This document shows positions 47,167 through 57,073 of a DNA stretch of 64,000 nt, piece by piece; the first letter of the stretch is position 1, and each line of letters begins with the position of its first letter. A model generated the notes under the pieces. The model searched no databases, was not told the origin of the DNA, and saw nothing but the letters and a program-made list of their open reading frames with translations. The DNA lies in the NCBI GenBank assembly GCA_965222605.1, contig OZ244960.1:1312001-1376000 (forward strand), read 5' to 3'. The position numbers and the translations under genes were made by a program. The stretch comes from Candidatus Latescibacterota bacterium (lineage in GTDB: Bacteria > Latescibacterota > UBA2968).

Positions 47167-48090
47167 ATGCCTACTTTTCAAATACCCGACGGCACAAAAG
47201 TCAGGATGAGCGGGAAAGAACTCACATTTGGGGAAACCATCTTCTCGCCGAGGGAATCCAACGATATCCTCACAGACACGGAAGCATTGAGACAGCGAAT
47301 GGAAGAAGACGGATATCTCATCATTCGCAACTTCCACAACCGCGAAGACATCATGAAAGCGCGAAAAGAAATTGTCGATCACATGGAAAGTCAGGGCCTG
47401 CTCGCCGCGGGATCCGCACTTGAAAATGCCATCATAGGCGATAAAAATCGCTCCACGCGCTTCAAAGACAGCCTGGTCAAAACATGGCCCGGCTTTCTCA
47501 ACATTGTAGATGGTAAAAACACAATGGACTTTTTTGGGCGCTTTTTGGGCGGTCCCGCTCGCTCGCTCGATCACAAATGGCTGCGCGCCATCAGAACGGG
47601 GGGCAATGCGGGGATGCACTGCGATATTGTATATATGGGCGCGGGCACCAATAATCTCTATACCATGTGGACAGCTCTGGGCGATATCACGCTCGACATG
47701 GGACCACTCGCCCTCTGCATGGGATCGCACAAACTCGAACGCCTTCGCAATACCTACGGCGCATCGGATGCACACGACGACTTGATCCAGGGCGCGTTCT
47801 CCAACGACCCCTACGATGTCATGGAAACCCTCGACATCAAATGGGCCTCCACGCCATTTCAAGCCGGTGATGTCGTCATTTTTGGCATGTACTTCATGCA
47901 CGCCTCTCTCGAAAACACCACCAACCGCTTTCGCATCAGCAGCGACACGCGCTATCAACTCGCCACAGAAGTCACTGACCAGCGACACATGGGCAAAAAT
48001 CCCGACGAAATACCCAAAGCAGATCTATCCGAACGCAAGTCCATCGAGGAATACCGCGTGGAATGGGGATTGGTTAAGGAGACCTCTTGA
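47167..48090 (+). CDS. PhyH-family Fe(II)/2OG dioxygenase
   Basis: EEDGYL, HCD, WTALGD, GSH, AGDVVIF..MHAS, RISSDTRY. Confidence 0.9.
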   Translation: MPTFQIPDGTKVRMSGKELTFGETIFSPRESNDILTDTEALRQRMEEDGYLIIRNFHNREDIMKARKEIVDHMESQGLLAAGSALENAIIGDKNRSTRFKDSLVKTWPGFLNIVDGKNTMDFFGRFLGGPARSLDHKWLRAIRTGGNAGMHCDIVYMGAGTNNLYTMWTALGDITLDMGPLALCMGSHKLERLRNTYGASDAHDDLIQGAFSNDPYDVMETLDIKWASTPFQAGDVVIFGMYFMHASLENTTNRFRISSDTRYQLATEVTDQRHMGKNPDEIPKADLSERKSIEEYRVEWGLVKETS

Positions 48091-48091
48091 A

Positions 48092-49162
48092 ATGTCAGGT
48101 ATCACACAACACAAACCCGACAAAGCTTATGAAGGATACACCCTCTTTTCAGAAACCTTCTCGGAACCAAACTGGGAAGTCGGCAAAGAAGCCGTGGTGT
48201 ACCTCATCGACATGAACGGAGAACCCGCCCACAAATGGCACCTCACGCAGCACACCGTCCAGTCCCACTGTCGATTGCTACCCAACGGCCATCTTCTCGT
48301 GCCCACCCACGATCGCTCGGGCGTCACGCAGTGCAACAATGTCGGCATTTTTGAATACGATCCCGATAGCACACTCGTCTGGCGCGTGCGCTGTCGCACC
48401 GACCACGACTATCAGGTGCGCGACAACGGCAATCTGCTCATCCACACGCTCAACGAAACCATGTGCCCGCCCCTGGGACCTGAACTCAAGCGCCACCCGT
48501 ATATGATTGAGATTACGCGAGACAAAGAACTGGTCTGGGAGTGGAAAGGCGAAGAGCATTTGGAAGACCTCGAAGCATGTCTGTCTCCCGAAGCATGGCA
48601 ACACGTTCTGGACCGCGCCACCGGACGGTTTGCCTTTGACTGGGCGCACAACAACACACTCCAGCTCATCCAGCCCAATAAAAACGAAGGTGACGCGCGC
48701 TTCAAACCCGGCAACATCTTCTTCTCCTATCGCAGCAACGACGTCATCGGCGTAATTGACTACGACACTGGCGAAATTGTCTGGGCATGGGGACCCGGCA
48801 TCATCGACGGACAACACAAACCCCACATGCTCGCAAACGGGAATGTACTGATCTTCGACAACGGCACCCTGCGCGGATATTCTCGCGTAATTGAACTCAA
48901 TCCCCTCACCGAAACCATCGAATGGGAATACGTCGCAGAACCCAAAGAAGCGTTCTTCAGCGCGGCCATTTCCGGCGCCCAGCGCCTGCCCAATGGCAAT
49001 ACCCTGATATGCGAAGGCGGCAAGACCCGACTTTTTGAGGTCACGCCAGATGGGGAAATTGTCTGGGAGTTTATCAACCCCTATCGCCATGAAAACGGAC
49101 GCCCCGTCATCTATCGCTGCTTGAGATATTCACCCGAATACGTAGCCCCTCTTCTAGCCTGA
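48092..49162 (+). CDS. Arylsulfotransferase (ASST) family beta-propeller
   Basis: GYTLF, DHD, DWAHNN, QH.P, FDNG, SRVIE, SGAQRLPNGNTLICEG, EVTPDGEIVWEF; AAGGAG RBS before ATG 48092. Confidence 0.9.
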   Translation: MSGITQHKPDKAYEGYTLFSETFSEPNWEVGKEAVVYLIDMNGEPAHKWHLTQHTVQSHCRLLPNGHLLVPTHDRSGVTQCNNVGIFEYDPDSTLVWRVRCRTDHDYQVRDNGNLLIHTLNETMCPPLGPELKRHPYMIEITRDKELVWEWKGEEHLEDLEACLSPEAWQHVLDRATGRFAFDWAHNNTLQLIQPNKNEGDARFKPGNIFFSYRSNDVIGVIDYDTGEIVWAWGPGIIDGQHKPHMLANGNVLIFDNGTLRGYSRVIELNPLTETIEWEYVAEPKEAFFSAAISGAQRLPNGNTLICEGGKTRLFEVTPDGEIVWEFINPYRHENGRPVIYRCLRYSPEYVAPLLA

Positions 49163-49198
49163 GTGATCTTACTGCGCCATAAAACCAAGGAAAGTAGC

Positions 49199-50770
49199 AT
49201 GCGCTTCTTCAACACTACCGGTCCCGTCCGCCCCAAGGAACATTACAGCATCCCGCCGTTGGACCGCCTGGACCTCGAAAATATGCTGACCCTCATCCGT
49301 CAACAAAAGTACTTCGCGATACACGCACCGCGGCAAACGGGCAAGACATCCGCCCTCTTAGCGTTGCGCGATCTGCTGAACAGCGGCACCGAAGGGGACT
49401 ACCGCTGCGTGTACGCAAATGTCGAGGCCGGGCAGGCAGCGCGAGAAAACATTCAGGAGGCCACGCGGGCGATTCTAGACGAACTGGCCTTGCGCGCTCA
49501 GTTGACACTCAGAGACGACTTTGTAGATGAGAGATGGTTCGATATCTGGACGCAGTCCGGACCCAATAGCGCGCTCAGACGGGTCTTAATCCAGTGGGCG
49601 CAAGCCGACCCGAGGCCGCTGGTACTGCTCATCGACGAAATCGACGCGCTGGTGGGCGACACGCTGCTGTCCGTACTGCGCCAGTTGCGGTCCGGCTATG
49701 ACCTCCGTCCAGAGGCTTTTCCACAAAGCGTCATCCTGTGTGGGGTGCGCGACGTACGAGACTACCGCATCCATTCGAGTTCCCAAAACGAAATTATCGC
49801 TGGCGGCAGCGCGTTCAACATCAAGGCTGCCTCTCTGCGCCTCGGCGACTTTTCGCGGGCCGAAGTCACGTCATTGCTGGCGCAACACACAGCGGAAACG
49901 GGGCAGGCATTCAGGCCAGAAGCTCTGGATAGGGTGTGGACGCAATCACAAGGCCAGCCGTGGCTGGTGAACGCGCTCTGCGCCGAAGCCTGCTTTGGGA
50001 ACAAACGTGACCGCGACCAACCAATCTCGGAGGACGACATCCTTGAGGCGCAGGAGCAACTCATCCTTCGCCGCGAGACGCATCTGGACCAACTCGCGGA
50101 CAAGTTGCAGGAGGACCGCGTGCGTCGCGTGGTCGAGCCGCTGCTGAGCGGTGGTGACAAGCGCGATTTTTCCGCCCGCGATATCGAGTACGTCCGCGAC
50201 CTCGGTCTGATCGCACACGAAGATCCGCTTCATATCGCCAATCCGATTTACGCGGAAGTCGTACCGCGAGAACTTAACTACTTCGCCCAAGCGGGTCTCG
50301 TTCAGGACACTGCCTGGTATGTAGATGCCGATGGCGGCCTGGATGTGGTCAAGTTGCTGACCGACTTCCAGGCGTTTTTTCGCGAGCACTCCGAGCATTG
50401 GGTTGAGCGATTCGAGTACAAGGAGGCTGGCCCGCAACTGCTCTTACAAGCGTTCCTGCAGCGCGTGGTAAACAGCGGCGGTCGCATTGAGCGCGAGTAC
50501 GGCCTGGGCCGGGGGCGCACGGACTTGCTCATCGTCTGGCCGCAAGGGAACCGGACGCGCCGGTTCGTGATTGAGTGCAAAATTCTGCACAAAAGTCTGG
50601 AGCAAACCATCGCCGAGGGAATCGAACAAACCGCTGGCTACATGGACCGTTGCGCGGCAGAGGCGGGCCATCTCGTGATTTTCGACCGCGGCGACAGCCC
50701 ATGGACAGACAAAATCTTTCATCGCCATGCGCTGGTGAACGGTGTCCGCATTGATATTTGGGGTATGTAA
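49199..50770 (+). CDS. AAA-family ATPase fused to a C-terminal PD-(D/E)XK nuclease-like domain
   Basis: MRFFNTTGP, Walker A APRQTGKT, Walker B LLIDEID, GQPWLVN, REYGLGRGRTDL...IECK. Confidence 0.88.
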   Translation: MRFFNTTGPVRPKEHYSIPPLDRLDLENMLTLIRQQKYFAIHAPRQTGKTSALLALRDLLNSGTEGDYRCVYANVEAGQAARENIQEATRAILDELALRAQLTLRDDFVDERWFDIWTQSGPNSALRRVLIQWAQADPRPLVLLIDEIDALVGDTLLSVLRQLRSGYDLRPEAFPQSVILCGVRDVRDYRIHSSSQNEIIAGGSAFNIKAASLRLGDFSRAEVTSLLAQHTAETGQAFRPEALDRVWTQSQGQPWLVNALCAEACFGNKRDRDQPISEDDILEAQEQLILRRETHLDQLADKLQEDRVRRVVEPLLSGGDKRDFSARDIEYVRDLGLIAHEDPLHIANPIYAEVVPRELNYFAQAGLVQDTAWYVDADGGLDVVKLLTDFQAFFREHSEHWVERFEYKEAGPQLLLQAFLQRVVNSGGRIEREYGLGRGRTDLLIVWPQGNRTRRFVIECKILHKSLEQTIAEGIEQTAGYMDRCAAEAGHLVIFDRGDSPWTDKIFHRHALVNGVRIDIWGM

Positions 50771-50871
50771 GCGGCGCAAAGAAATTTCATGAAGAAATCC
50801 CAAAATCTGCCTCAAACGGAATAGTGGTCAGTGCTTTGCTGCACCATGCATTTTATATAAGGAGTTTATCT

Positions 50872-52584
50872 ATGCCTTCTCCCAACGTAGTCTTTGTAAT
50901 TACCGATGATCAGGGCTATGGCGATCTTGGATGTCACGGCAACAACATCATCCAGACGCCCAACCTCGACGAGCTTTATACCGAAAGCGTGCGCTTTACC
51001 AATTACCACGTCGGCCCCACCTGCGCGCCCACCCGAGCGGGCATTATGACGGGACGCTATTGCAACTGCACAGGCGTATGGCACACCATTGCCGGACGCT
51101 CGCTATTGCGCCAGGACGAAACCACCATCGCCGATTTTTTCAAAGCAGCGGGATATCGCACCGGCATGTTTGGCAAATGGCACCTGGGCGACAACTACCC
51201 ATTTCATCCACACAACCGGGGCTTTGACACGGTAGTTTACCACGGCGGCGGCGGCGTACACCAGACCCCTGACTACTGGGGCAATACCTATTTCAATGAC
51301 ACGTACTTCCGCAATGGCGTACCTGAAAAATTCAGAGGCTACTGCACGGACATCTGGTTTGACGAAGCCAAAAAATTTATCGAAGACTGTGACGACACGC
51401 CCTTTTTCTGCTATATCCCCACCAACGCGCCGCACGGTCCCTTCAACATAGCCGACCACTACCGCGAACTCTACAACGGCGAGGGCTTGCCCGGCCAGCG
51501 CGACCGCTTTTACGGCATGATCACCAACATCGACGAAAACGTCGGCCTCATGCGCGACTTCCTCCGCGAAAAAGGATTGGAAGAAAACACCATCTTCATC
51601 TTCATGACTGATAATGGCACGGCCAATGGCTGCAACCTCGACGGCAATGGCTATGTCACAGATGGCTTCAACGCTGGACTACGCGGAAAAAAAGGCTCGG
51701 AATACGAAGGCGGACATCGCGTACCCTTCTTTTTTCACTGGCCCGCGGGTGGATACACCAGCGGACGGGACATCGATACCCTCATTGCCAACATCGACTT
51801 CTTGCCCACCCTTTGCGACCTCTGTGACGTTCCCATCTCCGATGACGCCCGCGAACGCATCAATGGCATCAGTGTCAAACCCCTTCTCGAAGACACGGAC
51901 GACTGGCCCGACCGCACAATCGTCACAGACTCACAGCGCGTGGAAAATCCCATCAAATGGCGCAAATGCGCGACCATGACACAGCGCTGGCGGCTCATCA
52001 ACGGCGAAGAACTCTACGACATGGACATCGACCGCGAACAACGCCACAATGTCGCCGAGCAGCATCCCGAAGTCGTCGCCGAACTGCGCCAACACTACGA
52101 AGACTGGTGGACACTTGTCTCCGAACGCTTTGGCGAAGACGTGCCCATCATCGTCGGCTCTGAACGCGAACCCGTCTCTGTGATCACCACCCACGACTGG
52201 CACAATGAAAACAGCGAATCGGCCTGGAATCAGGCCGCGATCCGCCGCGGGATGGAATGCAATGGTCGCTGGGCAATTGACGTGGCCGAAGCGGGTGATT
52301 ACACCTTTGAATTGCGCCGATGGCCCCGCGAAGAAAACCGAGCCATCACCGAAGGCATCCCCGGCAAACTCACGCCCTACTACGGCGGCAACGCGATTGT
52401 CGTCAGCACCGCCCACATCAAAGTCGCGGGAGAAGAACAAGCGCAATCCATCGGCCCAGAAGACAGAGACATCGCCTTTACCTACACCCTCCAGGCCGGT
52501 GAAACGAGCCTCGAAACCGAACTCACTGATGAGAACGGCATTTCGCTGGGGGCGTATTACGTGTATGTGGAAAGGGTGGGATGA
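50872..52584 (+). CDS. Arylsulfatase
   Basis: PNVVFVITDDQGYGD, CAPTRAGIMTG, GKWHLG, TDNG, GKKGSEYEGGHRVP; AAGGAG RBS. Confidence 0.94.
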   Translation: MPSPNVVFVITDDQGYGDLGCHGNNIIQTPNLDELYTESVRFTNYHVGPTCAPTRAGIMTGRYCNCTGVWHTIAGRSLLRQDETTIADFFKAAGYRTGMFGKWHLGDNYPFHPHNRGFDTVVYHGGGGVHQTPDYWGNTYFNDTYFRNGVPEKFRGYCTDIWFDEAKKFIEDCDDTPFFCYIPTNAPHGPFNIADHYRELYNGEGLPGQRDRFYGMITNIDENVGLMRDFLREKGLEENTIFIFMTDNGTANGCNLDGNGYVTDGFNAGLRGKKGSEYEGGHRVPFFFHWPAGGYTSGRDIDTLIANIDFLPTLCDLCDVPISDDARERINGISVKPLLEDTDDWPDRTIVTDSQRVENPIKWRKCATMTQRWRLINGEELYDMDIDREQRHNVAEQHPEVVAELRQHYEDWWTLVSERFGEDVPIIVGSEREPVSVITTHDWHNENSESAWNQAAIRRGMECNGRWAIDVAEAGDYTFELRRWPREENRAITEGIPGKLTPYYGGNAIVVSTAHIKVAGEEQAQSIGPEDRDIAFTYTLQAGETSLETELTDENGISLGAYYVYVERVG

Positions 52585-52589
52585 AGCGA

Positions 52590-52668
52590 GGGGCTGGGGA
52601 CTGGGGACTGGTGGGTTGGGACTGGGGACTGGTGGGTTGAGTGGTTGGGCGGGCTGACTGCTGACCGC
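52590..52668 (+). repeat. G-rich heptamer repeats (CTGGGGA; GCTGAC[T/C]), STRR-like
   Basis: GGGGCTGGGGACTGGGGACTGGTGGGTTGGGACTGGGGACTGGTGGG...GCTGACTGCTGACCGC; includes a 21-bp tandem duplication. Confidence 0.8.
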
Positions 52669-52721
52669 TTGGGATGGATGGCGGAGGGGTTGAGTGAGCT
52701 TTCACCTATAAGAGAAACACA

Positions 52722-53135
52722 ATGGGCAAAGGGTTATTACTCATCTTCGCGCTTTTCTTCGCGAGTTCACCTTCATGGAGTGCGGAATCTCAGCCCGATT
52801 CTCTCTCATTGGACCGCCGCGTGCGCGGTGCGGTCTTGCGGTCTATCGCGCTGCCTGGTTGGGGACAATTTTACAATGGCAAGCGCGTAAAAGGCAGTAT
52901 AATTGCGACCGCCGAGGTAGCTTCGGCTATCGCATGGGTGGTGCGTCGCAAACAAATCAAAGATCAAGGTACTCAGGAGCGGAACCTGTACCTCTTCTCG
53001 ACCATTGGAATTGTGCTCTATAGCGTGGCGGATGCTTATGTAGATGCCCATCTCAGTCGGGTAGATTGGGCTGAAGTGGAAGCGGGTATTGGTGAAAATG
53101 GCACAGCAAAATTTCGGTTAAAGTTTAAGTTTTGA
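52722..53135 (+). CDS. DUF5683-like membrane/secreted protein
   Basis: Signal peptide, RSIALPGWGQFYNGK..KG, YSVADAYVDAHL. Confidence 0.85.
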   Translation: MGKGLLLIFALFFASSPSWSAESQPDSLSLDRRVRGAVLRSIALPGWGQFYNGKRVKGSIIATAEVASAIAWVVRRKQIKDQGTQERNLYLFSTIGIVLYSVADAYVDAHLSRVDWAEVEAGIGENGTAKFRLKFKF

Positions 53136-53149
53136 TGGCATTACGTCCC

Positions 53150-54121
53150 TTAGACATACCGGATATTCTTCCCCAAAGTCGCCACCATCTCGCCACTTGA
53201 TACCATTGGCAGCAAATTCTCCGACCAGAAAATCGATTCCTCTGGCGCGCGCAATGTCTCGAGCACAGTGCCAAATGGATCGGTAATATCTGCAACGGGA
53301 TCGCCCTTTTGCAAATGATCGTAGTGTTGCGCGTGAAACTCTATAAATCCCCCTCGATTGGCCAACACCGTCAAAAACCCATCCACCACCACTTGCTTCT
53401 TGGGTATAAACGGCTCGCCCGGTATGACCCCGTAATACTTCAACACATTCTCAACACCCGTAATACCCTTTTGAATGCTCTCTCTATCCCAGCCGAGACA
53501 CCCACCGAGTTCGGGGTCAATCGTCGGGATCCCCTCATCGGGTGCAGATCGCGCGAGTTGACCTGCGGGACCGCGCTGGTCGAGAATATAGCCAATGCCA
53601 AACACCTGAGCCATCTCCATACACGCGCGATGAATGCGCTTGCGCCGATCCACGCGCACGCGCACCTCGTCAATCATTGGTCGGCGCCCCCCCTGGTGCA
53701 AATCAACACAATAATCGGACTGCAACACCGCATTGTGAAATAACCGATAGGCAATGCGCTCGCTCGACGTGCCATCTTTCCGCCCGGGAAAACACCGATT
53801 CATCTTTTTTTCATCCACCGGACTAAATGCCTGATGCGCGTGAAACGCGTGGAAATTGACAATCAACACCGCAATAACCCGCCCGCTCATCACAGTCGGG
53901 TCCAGCCGCTTCAACACCTGCCGAATCACGCTGATGCCATTTAACTCATCCCCATCGCTAATCGCCTGTAAATAAAACGTTGGACCTTCCTGAGCACCAC
54001 TGACCAGGGATACCGGAACACGCACAGGCGACCCATCCTGCATCTCGGCCACCTTCAAATAGCCATCCGTGCGCTGCCCCGGCTCAGCCCGAAGATGTTC
54101 AACGCGAAGCAATTCACCCAT
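53150..54121 (-). CDS. Succinylglutamate desuccinylase/aspartoacylase (M14) family protein
   Basis: GPTFYL..SDGDELNG, MNRCFPG, DLHQG, ELGG, C-terminal hybrid-motif domain. Confidence 0.9.
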   Translation of the reverse strand: MGELLRVEHLRAEPGQRTDGYLKVAEMQDGSPVRVPVSLVSGAQEGPTFYLQAISDGDELNGISVIRQVLKRLDPTVMSGRVIAVLIVNFHAFHAHQAFSPVDEKKMNRCFPGRKDGTSSERIAYRLFHNAVLQSDYCVDLHQGGRRPMIDEVRVRVDRRKRIHRACMEMAQVFGIGYILDQRGPAGQLARSAPDEGIPTIDPELGGCLGWDRESIQKGITGVENVLKYYGVIPGEPFIPKKQVVVDGFLTVLANRGGFIEFHAQHYDHLQKGDPVADITDPFGTVLETLRAPEESIFWSENLLPMVSSGEMVATLGKNIRYV

Positions 54122-54233
54122 AATATTTATTGCTCCTCAAAAAAGCCTAATGCCTCTTTAATTCTCCGTGTAAAAAAACGAGTGAAACCATGTGATGTCA
54201 ACCGAAAAGAACCTGATATTTTTTTGTTTAAAT

Positions 54234-54262
54234 TTGACAACTGTCATGTGGCGCATTACATT
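54234..54262 (+). promoter_or_regulatory. Sigma70 promoter with overlapping palindromic operator, upstream of higA
   Basis: TTGACA-17 nt-TACATT; TGTCATG-tggcg-CATTACA imperfect inverted repeat; ATG 7 nt downstream (probably leaderless). Confidence 0.65.
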
Positions 54263-54269
54263 AAAAATT

Positions 54270-54586
54270 ATGACTATCCCCAACATCCACAAACGCGAAA
54301 TCCCGCCAACGCATCCCGGCGAGATGCTCCGAGAAGATTTCATGACCGATTATCATTTGACCCCAACCTCTCTTGCCTCTGCTCTGGGCGTTTCGCGTCA
54401 GACAGTTCATGACTTATTAAAAGAAAAACGCGCTGTAACACCTCTTATGGCCCTTCGATTATCTCGTTTATTTGGCAATTCCCAGAATTTTGGTTGAAAG
54501 CACAGCAGGCAAGAGATCTGTGGGGATCTGAACAACAATATCTCGATGATCTCGATCACATTCATCCGCTTACACCGCAGTATTGA
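54270..54586 (+). pseudogene. higA: HigA-family antitoxin, frameshifted, no cognate toxin
   Basis: PPTHPGEMLREDF, LGVSRQTV, TPLMALRLSRLFGNS. One C is missing at 54481-54483; restoring it gives PEFWLKAQQARDLW... to the stop at 54586. Confidence 0.85.
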
Positions 54587-54596
54587 AGTAAATATA

Positions 54597-54629
54597 AAAA
54601 GAGCCGATCCATTTCCTGATCGGCTCTTC
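54597..54629. terminator. Intrinsic terminator-like hairpin (duplicate of 57013-57045)
   Basis: AAAAGAGCCGATC-catttcct-GATCGGCTCTT between convergent genes. Confidence 0.75.
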
Positions 54630-54631
54630 TT

Positions 54632-54693
54632 GCGTTCAGCATTCAGCGGGCAGCCTCCCAACCAGCCCCCAGTCCCCAGCCCCCGCCTTTCAT
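54632..54693 (-). repeat. Second G-rich heptamer repeat block, inverted relative to 52590-52668
   Basis: Reverse complement reads ATGAAAGGCGGGGGCTGGGGACTGGGGGCTGGTTGGGAGGCTGCCCGCTGAATGCTGAACGC. Confidence 0.7.
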
Positions 54694-54739
54694 CTACGCG
54701 GGCTTCACCAGCGTATCGCCTCAGAAATTTTTTAACGCA

Positions 54740-56986
54740 TCAAAACGCAAATCCGACTGCGGTATAAATCCGGATATCTTTTTTTTCTGTGCTCACAATA
54801 TCAATGCGAATGGGGCCAAAAATCTTTGTGTTGATATAACCACCAATACCAAAACCGTGAATACGGGTATTTGGCTGATCCGTCTTGGGAGGCCTGTACA
54901 GACCGCCCTGATAGAAAATGCCAACAGCACTGCGCGGTATGGATTCCCAAAATTTCAGGTGGCTCCAAATAGAAATCCCCGCCGATACGAACCTGGAAGC
55001 TGCCAGTTCATCTCGTTTGAGACCGACAACGCGCAATGCCGCGTTACTAAAGTGTCCTGCACCGCCTAATAAGAAATTTTCATCAGCCGGTGCAGGCTGT
55101 GTCACATAGCCTCCGTGAGACCAGAGGCCCACACTCAATTGCGGATGGGGGCTGGCGAAGTACGCGAGTTGTGTTTGCACCTGCTTGTGTGAAAATGTCC
55201 GATGAACCCATTTCCCCCAGGTTTGAAAATAGACGCCGTGTCTCGGCATAAACACATCGTCTCGCGTGTCAATACCTGCAGATAACCAAAAGGCGGGTAG
55301 ATAGTCAGACGCATAGTCTATTGAATAGACCTCATTGCGAATGAGCATATGCTCAACTTGATACCCCACGTTGAAACCTCCCCAACTGTGGAACAAAACC
55401 TGCATGCCCAATCGCGCGCGAAGACGCCTCTCATTATACGTATCCTGGGGTTGCTCATCAGAATCAATATAAGCCACCCGATCTTGATTCCAGCCTTGAA
55501 TCTCCCCGAGAAAACTCAGGCCCTTAAATGAGCGAAAAATTAAATTCATTTCAGCAAAATTCATAGTAGTGCCCAACAGGCCGCGCAAATAAAACTCTAC
55601 TACGCGGTCATAAACATTTTGATGTACAAGCTCGGCCAATGCCGAAACTCCAAAATCGTTGTCGTAACGAAGTCCCATTTTCAACTCACTGGGATGGGTT
55701 TCAAGCACCTGAAAAACCAATTCGGTATAGTCTTCATGGTAGAGAACCTGGTAATCCACTGTTTGAAATAATCCGGTCGCATATAACCGGCCAGATTCGT
55801 TTTCCAGTTCCCGAAACGATGTCGGCTTATTGATGAACTTTTCCAACCGTGCAATGGAAATACCTCTTGTGTAGCGCTCTAAACCCTCAATCCGAACCCG
55901 ATCAATCACAATATCCGATGGTATATCCGCCCAGGTTCTAAAATCAAAATCATCTGGCAATATCGACGGTCTCGACTTTTCAACGCGCTTTGAAATTCCG
56001 TGCTCTTGCAGAGCCTTCCTGATCTCATCTATATGTTTTTCGGCTTCTTTTTCACCAATCGGGATCACTGTATGTGACCGATTAAAATTGCCGCTATCAA
56101 ATCCTTTTAAATCGGGCACCATCAACACATGGGCGAGTTTTCGATGTGCCATTTTTTTTTCTTCAATTCGAAAACTAACAGCCTGATCGATAACGTCGAT
56201 AAAATCTTCAAATTCGTGCTTTTGAGTGCGCAAAGGCGTGGCACAATCCACGGCAATCACAAAATCAGCGCCAGCATCTAATGCGACATCTACAGGCAGA
56301 TTATTGACAATGCCGCCATCTACGAGAAGGGTTTGTTCTGTACTCACTGGCACAAATATCCCTGGGATAGAAATACTCGCTCTGATTGCCGTGCCGAGCG
56401 AGCCATTTTTAAGCACGACTTGTTCGCCAGCTACAATATCTGTTGCAATTGCGCGAAAAGGCGTTGGAAGCCGATCAAAATCGTTTCGCGCCCGATAAGT
56501 TGCGCCAATGGTCAATTGATAGAGAAAATGCTGGATTTTTTTTCCGGCAAAAATTCCATAAGGCAATTTTAGATCGAATTTATCAAGGCGCAATGCAAGC
56601 ATCTGGCGATCAACTATTGGTTTGCGATGCAAATTCAACAGACGGCGGTCAGGGCTATTGCGGGTCATTTCCGACCAGTCTGTTTCTACAACAATGCGTT
56701 CGAGATCATCAACAGAGTATCCGGCAGCGTACAATCCTCCCACCAGAGCGCCATAACTCGCGCCCACGATCAAATCAATGGGTATGCCTTCGCGCTCGAG
56801 CACGCGCAACACGCCGATATGTACCCCTCCACGCGCGCCTCCCCCACTGAGCACCAGTGCGACCTGGGGCCTTTGTTTTGCAAAAGAAGGAAGCGTGATA
56901 GACAGGGCAAAACCAAAACAAAAAACAAAAACAAATAGGCTTTGAACTATGCCGCATTTTGTTGCGTATAACTTTTTGTCCGTCAT
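54740..56986 (-). CDS. Patatin-like phospholipase with POTRA and Omp85-like barrel (PlpD / type Vd architecture)
   Basis: Signal peptide; LSGGGARG, GASYG, DGG; then POTRA-like segment (LYATGLFQTV) and a beta-strand-rich C-terminus ending VGFAF. Start taken at MTDKK (56986). Confidence 0.88.
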   Translation of the reverse strand: MTDKKLYATKCGIVQSLFVFVFCFGFALSITLPSFAKQRPQVALVLSGGGARGGVHIGVLRVLEREGIPIDLIVGASYGALVGGLYAAGYSVDDLERIVVETDWSEMTRNSPDRRLLNLHRKPIVDRQMLALRLDKFDLKLPYGIFAGKKIQHFLYQLTIGATYRARNDFDRLPTPFRAIATDIVAGEQVVLKNGSLGTAIRASISIPGIFVPVSTEQTLLVDGGIVNNLPVDVALDAGADFVIAVDCATPLRTQKHEFEDFIDVIDQAVSFRIEEKKMAHRKLAHVLMVPDLKGFDSGNFNRSHTVIPIGEKEAEKHIDEIRKALQEHGISKRVEKSRPSILPDDFDFRTWADIPSDIVIDRVRIEGLERYTRGISIARLEKFINKPTSFRELENESGRLYATGLFQTVDYQVLYHEDYTELVFQVLETHPSELKMGLRYDNDFGVSALAELVHQNVYDRVVEFYLRGLLGTTMNFAEMNLIFRSFKGLSFLGEIQGWNQDRVAYIDSDEQPQDTYNERRLRARLGMQVLFHSWGGFNVGYQVEHMLIRNEVYSIDYASDYLPAFWLSAGIDTRDDVFMPRHGVYFQTWGKWVHRTFSHKQVQTQLAYFASPHPQLSVGLWSHGGYVTQPAPADENFLLGGAGHFSNAALRVVGLKRDELAASRFVSAGISIWSHLKFWESIPRSAVGIFYQGGLYRPPKTDQPNTRIHGFGIGGYINTKIFGPIRIDIVSTEKKDIRIYTAVGFAF

Positions 56987-57012
56987 CTGGTTTTCTCGGC
57001 TTTGAAAGATTG

Positions 57013-57045
57013 AAAAGAGCCAATCCATTTCCGGGTCGGCTCTTT
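57013..57045 (-). terminator. Intrinsic terminator downstream of the DUF1080 gene
   Basis: AAAAGAGCCAATC-catttccg-GGTCGGCTCTTT. Confidence 0.65.
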
Positions 57046-57073
57046 AATTTATGACACCAATAATAGACCCTCT

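Noticed and set aside
46348-47988. 546-aa minus-strand ORF
   Set aside because: Lies antisense to a sulfatase and a PhyH gene with clear motifs; no recognisable domain.
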